From: a virus
Virus record (IMG/VR): IMGVR_UViG_3300045988_154609
Coordinates: 94,285-158,284 of that record
Length of the DNA: 64,000 nt
Reading direction: 5' to 3' (one strand)
This document shows positions 30,159 through 39,145 of the stretch, in pieces (positions within the stretch are counted from its first letter, which is position 1; every line of letters begins with the position of its first letter). The notes under the pieces were generated by a model. It searched no databases. It was not told the origin of the DNA and was given only the letters and a program-made list of their open reading frames with translations. The translations under genes and the position numbers were made by a program.

Positions 30159-30617
30159 TTAAATTGAAGGTTTTTGTCCTACATCGTCCTTTTTTGTTCT
30201 ATTGGCTCTAATTTTTTGATAGAATTTTTCTTTTTCAGAAATATACTGTTTAAGTTTTTGTTTAGTATTAGTTAACAAATCACGAACTGTATCTAAGTCA
30301 GATTCTATTTGATATAAGTTTCTTTGTAAAGATCTATTTTCGTAAGATTTTGGATTAAACTTTTTACTATACTTCATTTCATCCAATACTTTTTTTAATG
30401 CTTTAAGAGCTGGCTTTAACTCATTATCACGAATATGAGTATAATATTTAATTTCTGCTCTCCACAAAGCAATTTGATATCCAGTCTTTTCATTAGCCAT
30501 ATCCATATCATCTGGATGTACACTGGCAATACCTGTAAATATATTATTTCCATCTGCTAAAATGCAAGTTGCAGTTTTAGTAGTATCATCCCAGTAGAAC
30601 TTAGGTTCTTGTTTCAT
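30159..30617 (-). CDS. hypothetical protein
   Basis: 152-aa ORF. Confidence 0.4.
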   Translation of the reverse strand: MKQEPKFYWDDTTKTATCILADGNNIFTGIASVHPDDMDMANEKTGYQIALWRAEIKYYTHIRDNELKPALKALKKVLDEMKYSKKFNPKSYENRSLQRNLYQIESDLDTVRDLLTNTKQKLKQYISEKEKFYQKIRANRTKKDDVGQKPSI

Positions 30618-30763
30618 ATCAAGTCCTCCTTATATTATATAAAAATATTATATCACAAAAATAAGGGAAAATCAAAAAGGGGACATTTTGCTAAAAAAAA
30701 TTGGTAGGTGCGATTTTTAAGCGGCAACGACCGCTGAGGGCGCCTACGAGCCCGAATTTTCTG

Positions 30764-30796
30764 GCACAAAAAAATAGAGTCTTTTAAGACTCTATT
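30764..30796 (-). terminator. rho-independent terminator
   Basis: Hairpin ATAGAGTCTT-TTAA-AAGACTCTAT overlaps the stop of the 30784-31170 ORF. On the minus strand it is followed by TTTTTTT. Confidence 0.6.
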
Positions 30797-31170
30797 TTAT
30801 CTTCTCGTTTAGGTTCCCAGTGTTCAAATTCATCCCAGCCCGCAAACCAGTATCCTAAATTTTCTTCAGTATAAGGTTTAAAAGGGCAACCAAATCTTCC
30901 GAATACTTCATTATTTTCATTTGGCTCTCTAATAAATTTAGAATTTAAAATACAAGGACAGTTTTTCTCAACCCATTCTTTTGGAGCTGTAACGCAATAA
31001 TTTAATGACATATCAATTATTGTTTCAACCACAATAATTTTATTTTCAATCAACCATTGCTCTTTTCTAAAAGTTAAATTATCAATACTTAACAAAGTAT
31101 TAAATGGTTCACAATCTGGAAAATCTCTTCCTGCGCTCCAATCATTAACTTCAAAATAAATAATTTCCAT
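30784..31170 (-). CDS. hypothetical protein
   Basis: 128-aa ORF. Confidence 0.45.
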   Translation of the reverse strand: MEIIYFEVNDWSAGRDFPDCEPFNTLLSIDNLTFRKEQWLIENKIIVVETIIDMSLNYCVTAPKEWVEKNCPCILNSKFIREPNENNEVFGRFGCPFKPYTEENLGYWFAGWDEFEHWEPKREDKIES

Positions 31171-31223
31171 ACTTAATCCTTTTCTTATAAAAAAAGAGGA
31201 GCTTAAAAGCTCCTCCCAGTTAA

Positions 31224-32756
31224 TTACTCTTCAGTAGGAGCAACAACTGTATCAGCGTTAATGGTTACGCCTTTATTTGCGGCTAAGTTACCACCCATGA
31301 AACCAGCAAGAAGAGTCTTCAGGTCGATTCCAAGAGATTCACTCAGTCCTTCAGATACCTGAGTTACATTGGTCATGATGTCACCAGCAAGCTTAGAGGT
31401 GTCTCCACCGAACATCATAATCTTATCAACATTTGTGTATCCTTTACCAACAGCTTCAGCAATTGCCGGTAACTGCTCGAAGTAGACTTTAAGTGCCTGT
31501 AACTGCATGTCCTGCTTAGCAGCTTCACCATACTGCTTCATAGCCTCTGCCTTCTTCTGAAGACCTTCAGCCTCAGCTTCAAGTTTAGCTCTAATAGCAG
31601 CAGCTTCTGCTTCACCTTTTGCTTTGGCTGCAGCTGCATCAGCTTCACCCTGTGCTTTTACGGCTTCTGCAAGAGCTTTCTTAGCATCTGCATCTCTCTG
31701 TGCTTCTGCAAGAGCAGCTTCTGCCTGTTTTGTTCTCTCGAACAACTCAGCTTCAGATTTCTTCTGAGTCTCATACAATTTAGCATCTGCTCTCTGCTGT
31801 GCTGCATACTTCTCAGCTTCAGCAGTTTTCTTAACTTCAGCTTCCAGAGCACGCTCTTTAATAGCAACTTCTCTTTCTTTCAACTCAATCTGCTTTTCCT
31901 GACGAGCAATATCTGCTTCAGTAGCAGCAACGTCTCTTAACTGACGCTGTTTCTCTTCCTCAATTGCCTGTGCCGCATTAGCCTGAGCTTTTGCAGTATC
32001 AGCAGTCTTTTTGAGGTCTGCCTGCTTCATCTCGAACTCGTTGTTACGAACTGCAATTTCCTCGGCTGCCTGAACTTTAGCATCATTAGATTTCTTTGCG
32101 TTAGCTGCCTCAGCAACAGCGATTTCTCTCTGTGCATCAGACTTAGCGATTGCTGCATTCTTTCTAATCTGCTCAACGTTATCAATACCTAAGTTATCAA
32201 TAACACCGCCCTCATCAGAAAAATTCTGAACATTAAAAGAAACAAGCTCAAGTCCGAATCTGGCAAGATCAGGAACTACATTCTGCTGAACTTTTTCACT
32301 AAACGCTTTTCTATCAGATACCATCTCAGTCAGTTTCATCTGACCAACGATCTCACGGATATTACCTTCCAAGAGGTCATTAATTCTTTCTGCAATTACT
32401 TCACGTTTAATATTTAAGAAGTTCTGAGCCGCAAGTGCAATCATTTCATCAGTTCTTCCAACCTGTACAGAAACAGTAGAATCAACTTTTACGTTAATGT
32501 ACTCTGCTGTTGGAACGGCGGTACGAGTTTTCACATCAATCTGAATCGCACCAAGAGACAATTTATCAAGTTTCTCAAAGAAAGGAATTTTAATACCGGA
32601 TTTACCAATCAAGATTCGAGGTTTCTTGTGCGGACCAGAGATGATGTAAGCTACATCAGGTGAGGACTTCACATATCCTGTCGCAAGGATCACAATCAAC
32701 GCCACTGCAATGATAATTACAGGGATAAATGGAAGAATTGAACTTAAAATATTCAT
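31224..32756 (-). CDS. SPFH/band-7 (flotillin-like) membrane protein with long Ala/Glu/Lys coiled-coil
   Basis: N-terminal TM helix, a prohibitin-like domain, then an AEAEAKAEA-rich coiled coil. Length is 510 aa. Confidence 0.65.
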   Translation of the reverse strand: MNILSSILPFIPVIIIAVALIVILATGYVKSSPDVAYIISGPHKKPRILIGKSGIKIPFFEKLDKLSLGAIQIDVKTRTAVPTAEYINVKVDSTVSVQVGRTDEMIALAAQNFLNIKREVIAERINDLLEGNIREIVGQMKLTEMVSDRKAFSEKVQQNVVPDLARFGLELVSFNVQNFSDEGGVIDNLGIDNVEQIRKNAAIAKSDAQREIAVAEAANAKKSNDAKVQAAEEIAVRNNEFEMKQADLKKTADTAKAQANAAQAIEEEKQRQLRDVAATEADIARQEKQIELKEREVAIKERALEAEVKKTAEAEKYAAQQRADAKLYETQKKSEAELFERTKQAEAALAEAQRDADAKKALAEAVKAQGEADAAAAKAKGEAEAAAIRAKLEAEAEGLQKKAEAMKQYGEAAKQDMQLQALKVYFEQLPAIAEAVGKGYTNVDKIMMFGGDTSKLAGDIMTNVTQVSEGLSESLGIDLKTLLAGFMGGNLAANKGVTINADTVVAPTEE

Positions 32757-32804
32757 GTGCTTAACTCCTTTTTCTCATATAATATTTTATTTAATTTTCA
32801 AGGT

Positions 32805-33074
32805 TCAACAATGATACTCATATTTTACTAACCAATATTCTTTGCCGTTTTCTTTATAAAGAACAGCATGGTCATCATATGGTGTTGTTATCAAACTTTT
32901 AAGTTTTTGAACAGCTTCAGTTTTATTTTTATAAACTGCATTTTTATGAAAAGTTAAATTTCCATGATACCCACTTGATTCTTGCGGGTCATAAGCAAAA
33001 CTGTTTAAATCTCGTAAAATTTGGGATTCTTTTGTAGAGCCGTCATAACTCTTATACCCAATTAAATGGCTCAT
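32805..33074 (-). CDS. hypothetical protein
   Basis: 89-aa ORF. Confidence 0.4.
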   Translation of the reverse strand: MSHLIGYKSYDGSTKESQILRDLNSFAYDPQESSGYHGNLTFHKNAVYKNKTEAVQKLKSLITTPYDDHAVLYKENGKEYWLVKYEYHC

Positions 33075-33622
33075 AGCATATCTTTACACTCCTCATATTT
33101 ATTTTTTATATCTTCAATAACTGTATCTAGTGAAACTGGATAACAGTTATGAGAATCAACTCCTACATGATACATAAAGAAATTATCTTCATAAAAATTA
33201 ACATTCTGATGTGTATGACCAAATAAGTTTAAAGTCATATGATGTAATCCTGAATCATCAACATTACCAGTTAATGTTGGATAATGACTCATATAAAAAT
33301 TATACTTTTTATATTTTAAAACTGTCGAATATCCAAGGCATTCAAGATCATTCTCTTTGTAAAGATTAATTCTTGTATTTGTATCATGGTTTCCAATAAT
33401 AAAATACTTTTTACCATTTAGCTGTTTTAAACATTCGAGTCCATGTTCATTATCTTTCAGCATCAAGTCGCCTAAGATATACACTTCATCTTCTGGCTGC
33501 ACCAGCTCATTCCATCTTTTAATAATTTCTTCGTCATGGTCAACAATATTCGGAAAGCCTCTTGGCTCATAAATGAAACCTTTATCATGACCCAGGTGAA
33601 GGTCTGAAGTCACATAAATCAT
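33071..33622 (-). CDS. calcineurin-like metallophosphoesterase
   Basis: MIYVTSDLHLGHD...GDL...GNHD motifs. Overlaps the kinase gene start and stop. Confidence 0.7.
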   Translation of the reverse strand: MIYVTSDLHLGHDKGFIYEPRGFPNIVDHDEEIIKRWNELVQPEDEVYILGDLMLKDNEHGLECLKQLNGKKYFIIGNHDTNTRINLYKENDLECLGYSTVLKYKKYNFYMSHYPTLTGNVDDSGLHHMTLNLFGHTHQNVNFYEDNFFMYHVGVDSHNCYPVSLDTVIEDIKNKYEECKDML

Positions 33623-34203
33623 TCTACATACTCCTTATCAGCATCTCCTACAATCAAAATATGTTTGTAGGTATATTTTTCATTGTAAGTTGGCTTATCA
33701 AAAGTATAAAACATTCTTCTGATTGTTCCTCTTGGAACATAAGCACGTCCCATTCCTTTTCGATTCTCATTCTGAGCAAGAATTTGAGCAAGCGGTAAAT
33801 TAAATACAACTGGAATAATATCTACTCCATCCAAATCAAGCTTATCAAGAACTCGATTTCTTGCTTTTTCACTCAGATGAGTTGCATCTGCAAAAACTGC
33901 AATATCATCAGTTGCGTCATTTAAAGCATTTTTAATTCTATTGCAGAACTCATCAAAGACATCATCTTCATACTTGAAGATGTTTTTATCATCTTCTTTT
34001 AAGAATTCAGCTCTTACTTCATCTCTTGACACATGTACACACTTGTAAGTCGTTGCCTGTGCCATTTCCTTCTTGACGTAAGTCGTCTTTCCCGATCCTG
34101 CGGGTCCGCACATAAGAAAGAGAATCTTGTGCTTCATCTTTATACACCCCATTTTTAAAATTTTCTTTAAACTCAAGAACATCCTCATATGATTTACATT
34201 CAA
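33619..34203 (-). CDS. P-loop polynucleotide-kinase-like protein (AAA_33/zeta-like). Likely true start near 34137.
   Basis: Walker A LMCGPAGSGKTTY. Translationally coupled to the phosphoesterase, resembling a split bacterial Pnkp healing module. Confidence 0.55.
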   Translation of the reverse strand: MNVNHMRMFLSLKKILKMGCIKMKHKILFLMCGPAGSGKTTYVKKEMAQATTYKCVHVSRDEVRAEFLKEDDKNIFKYEDDVFDEFCNRIKNALNDATDDIAVFADATHLSEKARNRVLDKLDLDGVDIIPVVFNLPLAQILAQNENRKGMGRAYVPRGTIRRMFYTFDKPTYNEKYTYKHILIVGDADKEYVE

Positions 34204-34369
34204 TATGGTTTACTTCTTGTTTGCAGAATACACAGTACATTTTCTTTCTATGAAATCTACCATGTTGATGACTATTACGACGTGGTAAACTCATATTTTT
34301 ATGACCGCAATTCATGCAATAAAAATCATTGATTATCATTTTTCCATTTCTTCGTCCCATTAGTATCAA
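34019..34369 (-). CDS. small Cys-rich zinc-ribbon protein. The 3' part overlaps the kinase ORF in another frame and may be over-extended.
   Basis: CMNCGH...CVFCKQ motifs. Alternative-start ORF that follows a promoter box. Confidence 0.35.
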   Translation of the reverse strand: MILMGRRNGKMIINDFYCMNCGHKNMSLPRRNSHQHGRFHRKKMYCVFCKQEVNHIECKSYEDVLEFKENFKNGVYKDEAQDSLSYVRTRRIGKDDLRQEGNGTGNDLQVCTCVKR

Positions 34370-34390
34370 TTCCTTTTAATTATTTATTAC

Positions 34391-34425
34391 ATATATATTA
34401 TATAATATTTTTTATAAAATATCAA
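34391..34425 (-). promoter_or_regulatory. conserved promoter box, downstream copy of a tandem pair
   Basis: Same about 45-bp motif as in 20 or more other intergenic regions. Confidence 0.55.
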
Positions 34426-34475
34426 TTAAGATATTTTATTGAGTATCGGAAAGGATTTTTAAAATCCTTTCCTTA

Positions 34476-34518
34476 ACTTTCTATATATATTATATAATAT
34501 TTTTTATAAAATATCAAT
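34476..34518 (-). promoter_or_regulatory. conserved promoter box, upstream copy of a tandem pair
   Basis: AACTTTCTATATATATTATATAATATTTTTTATAAAATATCAA, a near-identical duplicate of 34391-34425. Confidence 0.55.
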
Positions 34519-34742
34519 TAAATATCAATTTCTGCATCTAACATAAAATTTTCAGCCTTAATTTTTTCCCAAGCCTCTTCTCTTTTCTTTTTTCGATGAA
34601 ATATAGATTTAACTTTCATGACTTCTGATATTGCTTCTGCACTGATCATAGCATCAAGCATTGACCATTGCCCATCACAAGCTCGTTTATTGGCCCATTC
34701 AGAGAACTCATCAAATGTAACGTCTTTCATTTCTTTCTTCAT
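34518..34742 (-). CDS. hypothetical protein
   Basis: 74-aa ORF. Confidence 0.4.
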   Translation of the reverse strand: MKKEMKDVTFDEFSEWANKRACDGQWSMLDAMISAEAISEVMKVKSIFHRKKKREEAWEKIKAENFMLDAEIDI

Positions 34743-34744
34743 TT

Positions 34745-35923
34745 TTATCTCCTCTGCATTATTCCAAAAGGATTGTCACTATAATAGTCTCCTTCAATTT
34801 GCGGAGTGTATTCATTACAATGTGTAATAATGATTTTTTTAGAAAATCTTGTATCAAGTTTGACTTTTTCAAAATCATTATCGATTCGAGTAATTACATC
34901 ACTCTTTTTCATTACACCATATCTTAATCCACCCTGGAAATCATTATGTACATTTGTTTTATCAAACATCTCTGTATTGATTTCTTTTTTCTGAGCTTCT
35001 TGCTCAATAGGGCCAACCCCATGTCTGGTTACATATGAACGCATTACATAGCAAGCATCAACTGAAATGTCTTTTTTATCTGCTAAAATCTCAAAAGGAT
35101 ATGTTACTCCTGTGCGGGAAGTGGTATGCCAAACATCATCATAATAGAAATCAAGTCCTAATCCCTGACCATTCTCAAAAATAAAACTATCAAACTTATG
35201 ATAAAGATTGTCAAAAGTGATAATTTCATTTCTCTCAAGGAAAAATAATATATCACTTCTAAAATTACAAATTAAAGACTGTCTACCAACGGAATGTTTA
35301 TCAAAATATTCTCTGTAAGTAGTAATTTTATCAAGCTGTACTCCACGCTTAAAAAGAATTACAAGACAATCTCTCCAAATTTCTTCCATATGGAAAAGAT
35401 ATTCTTCATCTGTCCAGCTTGCAAAATCAGCAACTGTAAAATGAGTCTTCATTGTAGGATCGCCATATCTATCCTCAATAGCACACCAAGAGCCAAAGCC
35501 GCAAGAACCATATTCTCTTTCACCATTCTGCTCGGCAATCCAATTTTCTGTAATATGATCAATCATCATATCAAAAGGAGTAATTACTTTTGCTTCTGGA
35601 TCAACGTATCCTTTTAAATTCAAAGGAAATAAATGCTGTTCCAATAACTCATAATACTCTTTTGTATAAGTCATAGGATGAATAAAAAAGGTTTTCGCAA
35701 AAAAAGTTGGAACTCCTTCTGCGGTGCCGCTTCCAAAATGATGGTAGACATGCCGCAATTTAGTTGTATAATCAACTGTATGACCACGCTGAGCCGTTCC
35801 ATTGTGAAAGATTACTACTGGTTTTAAACCTCGATTAAGAGCATCTTCACAAAAATGATTTGTTACAAGACCTTTTCCTTCATCTCCAAAGTTTGCTCCA
35901 ATAACAATTTTACTTTCTTTCAT
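34745..35923 (-). CDS. divergent adenylosuccinate synthetase (PurA) family enzyme; candidate PurZ-like nucleotide-modifying enzyme
   Basis: VIGANFGDEGKG (PurA P-loop GDEGKGK), GTAQRGHTV (GHNAGHT His), FENGQGLGLD (Q224 region) and SYVTRHGVGP are present. The TTGRRRR loop is replaced by GGLRYGV. Length is 392 aa, shorter than cellular PurA. Confidence 0.7.
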   Translation of the reverse strand: MKESKIVIGANFGDEGKGLVTNHFCEDALNRGLKPVVIFHNGTAQRGHTVDYTTKLRHVYHHFGSGTAEGVPTFFAKTFFIHPMTYTKEYYELLEQHLFPLNLKGYVDPEAKVITPFDMMIDHITENWIAEQNGEREYGSCGFGSWCAIEDRYGDPTMKTHFTVADFASWTDEEYLFHMEEIWRDCLVILFKRGVQLDKITTYREYFDKHSVGRQSLICNFRSDILFFLERNEIITFDNLYHKFDSFIFENGQGLGLDFYYDDVWHTTSRTGVTYPFEILADKKDISVDACYVMRSYVTRHGVGPIEQEAQKKEINTEMFDKTNVHNDFQGGLRYGVMKKSDVITRIDNDFEKVKLDTRFSKKIIITHCNEYTPQIEGDYYSDNPFGIMQRR

Positions 35924-35924
35924 T

Positions 35925-36236
35925 TTAGTCTAACCTTTCATCACAATATTTATCTACAAAAGTTTCAAAGCCCATTCTCGCACAAATTACATCAAGTTCA
36001 TCGGCTGTTTCTTTAACAGAGTCTTTAATAGAATAAATAATCCAATTATATTCCTGCTCAACAATTTCATCTTCATCATTTAACCCAAAAGATTCAGCAA
36101 CATTATAAGCCATTTCATAGCCATAATCATTGGCTTCTTCAATATCATCTACCTCTACAACTTGACAATTATAGATTCCATGTAATCCCTGATAAGTACC
36201 TTCTGTTGCATAAATATAAACTCTCATAAAAAACAC
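35925..36236 (-). CDS. small highly acidic protein (possible DNA mimic)
   Basis: About 100 aa, very D/E-rich, with its own promoter box and a strong SD. Confidence 0.4.
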   Translation of the reverse strand: MFFMRVYIYATEGTYQGLHGIYNCQVVEVDDIEEANDYGYEMAYNVAESFGLNDEDEIVEQEYNWIIYSIKDSVKETADELDVICARMGFETFVDKYCDERLD

Positions 36237-36244
36237 CTTCCTTA

Positions 36245-36286
36245 ATTTTCTATATATATTATATTATATTTTTAATAAAAAATCAA
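36245..36286 (-). promoter_or_regulatory. conserved promoter box
   Basis: aattttctatatatattatattatatttttaataaaaaatcaa. Confidence 0.55.
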
Positions 36287-36314
36287 AGGAGGACTATTAT
36301 CCTCCTTTTATATT

Positions 36315-37235
36315 TTAAATGTCCCAGCTCACTTCAGAAGAAGCTGTATCATTGTCATTAATATCAATTTTAACTGGACCAGTTTCAAAAGCTGTTCCTG
36401 TTTTACTTCCATGATTAATTACAATATCTGTAATAATCTTTGCAAGACCATTTAAACCAGATACAAAGTAATGGTCATTTCCTACAAGTTTTCTCCAAGA
36501 CTCATCAAAGTCTGGGTGTCTACTGCATAACCATTTATAAGAGCTTTCATTATCATCAATAGAGATATGGTAAACATCAAATTTTTCAAAAACTTCTTTC
36601 TGTAAATCTTCTGTTTCAACATCTCCCTGGAGAGAATCTCCAGTACATTCAGCTAATCCCCATTTTGGTAAATAAGGATTTGGCTTTTCATCTCCCATTG
36701 TAATGATAATGCCTTTCTGACCTCTGTTCCAGCAGTCAAGTTTACAATGATTTAATCCCATATACCAAGCGGCTGTATAAGACTCAAAACTATTACCACC
36801 ACCGCCGCCTTCAAAATACATCTTATCAAGCTGCTCTGCAATTCTAATATCAGATTCAAACTGAGACATCTGAATTGGCGCTCTGTCATAAGCAAGGTCT
36901 CCGATTCCCATTACACAGAACTCAACATCCTTAATAGAGTTGTCTGCATAAATATCAGTCATAATCTCATTCAGCTTCTTAGCAACCTGAACTGCGGCGC
37001 CGCCCATAGAACCAGTTACATCAAGTGCCAGAATAACTGGAACTGTATGCGGATGCTCCTCAGAATCGCAACATTCACGCATTACTCCTTTTGGATTTAA
37101 AGCTGCGTCAAGTTTACGAGATGTATAAAACTCCTGTGCTGAAAAAGCCATTGTATCAAACTCGTCAAGAGAAACTCCTCTTGAATGAGATGTATAATCA
37201 CTAAATGCTTTAGTTGTCCAACTTCCTCCACCCAT
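36315..37235 (-). CDS. von Willebrand factor A domain protein
   Basis: MIDAS motif LALDVTGSMGG. Translationally coupled to the upstream Met-rich ORF. Confidence 0.6.
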   Translation of the reverse strand: MGGGSWTTKAFSDYTSHSRGVSLDEFDTMAFSAQEFYTSRKLDAALNPKGVMRECCDSEEHPHTVPVILALDVTGSMGGAAVQVAKKLNEIMTDIYADNSIKDVEFCVMGIGDLAYDRAPIQMSQFESDIRIAEQLDKMYFEGGGGGNSFESYTAAWYMGLNHCKLDCWNRGQKGIIITMGDEKPNPYLPKWGLAECTGDSLQGDVETEDLQKEVFEKFDVYHISIDDNESSYKWLCSRHPDFDESWRKLVGNDHYFVSGLNGLAKIITDIVINHGSKTGTAFETGPVKIDINDNDTASSEVSWDI

Positions 37236-37996
37236 TAGTCTTCGTCCTCCTCATCATCATCTGTGCTAACTACCGAAGCATCACCAAAATCAAAAGCTCC
37301 CTCAAACATATTCTCAAACATGTTTCCGCCATTTCCCATCATCATAAACATCATAGGATTAATACCGCCCATGTTCATAGAACCGCCTGTGTTATTTCCA
37401 TTAAACATCTGGCTCATCATCATCATACTCATCATAGAAGACATAGAACCATTATCCTTAGTCATATTCATAAACGGACTGAAAATCTTACCATAGCAGT
37501 ATGTTTTTCCCATAAAGACATGATGCTCTGGAATAGTCTCCTGGATAGTGGAGTCTTTATAACTGAAAGTCTTGATAGAATTTTTTCCTACCTCAATGAC
37601 TGCTCTTGGCTCGTTATTAACCAGGATAATGTCACCAACAGCAACTTTAAATGTAGGAACTACCCAAAATGCTCCATCCATATCAAAAGCGAAATTATCG
37701 CAGTTTGTAAGTTTCATTGTCTTAACATTGAAAGTTTTGTAGCCATTCTGCACCTTAATGGCAATCTTACCATTAGCGCCCATTTTGCAATAACCTTTTG
37801 CTACTGGTTTAAACATTCCATTAAACATATTTCCAAAATCAAACATATTTTCTTCTTTCCTTTCCTTTAGCTTTTTTTCTGTATTTCTAACAATAGCCCA
37901 ATGATCCATTATATCACCTATATTTCTTAAAGCCTTATCTACAGCTTCTGAAAAGCTTGGATCATCAATATCAAAAGCATATCCATTTGTTATCAT
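37235..37996 (-). CDS. protein with Met/Gly/Asn-rich low-complexity C-terminal region
   Basis: C-terminal ...MSSMMSMMMMSQMFNGNNTGGSMNMGGINPMMFMMMGNGGNMFENMFE...DDDEEDED. Confidence 0.5.
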   Translation of the reverse strand: MITNGYAFDIDDPSFSEAVDKALRNIGDIMDHWAIVRNTEKKLKERKEENMFDFGNMFNGMFKPVAKGYCKMGANGKIAIKVQNGYKTFNVKTMKLTNCDNFAFDMDGAFWVVPTFKVAVGDIILVNNEPRAVIEVGKNSIKTFSYKDSTIQETIPEHHVFMGKTYCYGKIFSPFMNMTKDNGSMSSMMSMMMMSQMFNGNNTGGSMNMGGINPMMFMMMGNGGNMFENMFEGAFDFGDASVVSTDDDEEDED

Positions 37997-38053
37997 TTCT
38001 TTTACTTTCTATATATATTATATTATATTTTTTTTATTTTATCAATTTACATA

Positions 38054-38371
38054 TTACTTATCCTCATCATCGTAACAATAAAAATGTTCATCAGGATCTT
38101 TTCTTACAGCATCCATACATCCATTAGTAGCTTCAAGAGCTTGAACAGGAGTTAAATCTCCATATAAAGTCTGATACCATTTTGGATGATAACATTTAAG
38201 ATAAGCAGGATCGCTTACACAATCTTTATATCCTCTTGGGCATACCGGATTGTATGCCCGAAACTGAGAATACTGAGGTACTTCTGCATATATAGGATTT
38301 TCTCTGCATTTAATGCAAAGATCTTTTGGAGCTACACATTTATCACATCTTGTCATTTTATTAGTCCTCAA
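38054..38371 (-). CDS. Cys-rich hypothetical protein
   Basis: 105 aa with multiple CxxC motifs. Confidence 0.4.
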   Translation of the reverse strand: MRTNKMTRCDKCVAPKDLCIKCRENPIYAEVPQYSQFRAYNPVCPRGYKDCVSDPAYLKCYHPKWYQTLYGDLTPVQALEATNGCMDAVRKDPDEHFYCYDDEDK

Positions 38372-39116
38372 AAATGCTATTTACGTCAAATAATACATTT
38401 TGTTCCCAAGTATCCAAATCAATTAATGGTAAATTTCCTGTAAAAAAACATCCTCCATCAATATCAATTTTATGAGCTTTACCCGCAGAATCTTTGCAAT
38501 AGAAATATGCTCCAGGAGAAGCTTTCTTTCCGCTCATCTTACACATATACTCATAACAATAATGACCTAAAAGGGGAACTGGAGTGTGTCCATGAACAAA
38601 AATTACATTATCCATTCCACCTTTTTCATCCCATTCATCATCAAAATGCTCTCGATTCCAAATAAAATCATCTTCAAACTCTGGAAATCCTAAGTGCGGG
38701 CCAGGTGTAAAACCTGAATGAGATAAAATTACAACTTCTCCATTTTTATTATCATAACGATACCACTTAGGCAAGTTGTCGATAATATCAATGTATTTTC
38801 TATCACTTCCATCTGCTTTCCATTCATCAAAAGTAGATTGACCACCATTAGCACAATGAAGTCTTGTGCAATGCTTTATCCGCATAGAATCTGCAAACAT
38901 CTGTTCATGGTTGCCGCAGATTAAGAAGAAATGTTCAGAATCTTCAAGAACCTCTTTTAAAATTTTGAATCCTTCTGGACCCCTATCTACACAATCACCT
39001 AAAATGTAGCAAAAACTATTGTCTGCATATACAATATTTTTTACCATTTCCCATAAATCATACTGACCATGAAGATCAGAACAACAATATACATGACTCA
39101 TATTTTTACACCTCAT
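38361..39116 (-). CDS. PPP-family Ser/Thr phosphatase (lambda phosphatase-like)
   Basis: GDCVDRGPEG and GNHE motifs, with an N-terminal DLHG. Confidence 0.75.
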   Translation of the reverse strand: MRCKNMSHVYCCSDLHGQYDLWEMVKNIVYADNSFCYILGDCVDRGPEGFKILKEVLEDSEHFFLICGNHEQMFADSMRIKHCTRLHCANGGQSTFDEWKADGSDRKYIDIIDNLPKWYRYDNKNGEVVILSHSGFTPGPHLGFPEFEDDFIWNREHFDDEWDEKGGMDNVIFVHGHTPVPLLGHYCYEYMCKMSGKKASPGAYFYCKDSAGKAHKIDIDGGCFFTGNLPLIDLDTWEQNVLFDVNSIFED

Positions 39117-39145
39117 ATCTTTTATAATAATTATTTGTTGTTTAT

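Noticed and set aside
34745-35923. Plain housekeeping adenylosuccinate synthetase
   Set aside because: Not adopted as the sole interpretation because the protein is truncated and the Asp-binding loop is diverged. Kept as the null hypothesis in the finding.
37214-37870. 218-aa plus-strand ORF rich in His, Lys and Ile
   Set aside because: Antisense to the Met-rich protein gene. Its composition mirrors the reverse complement of Met/Asn codons. No independent signals.
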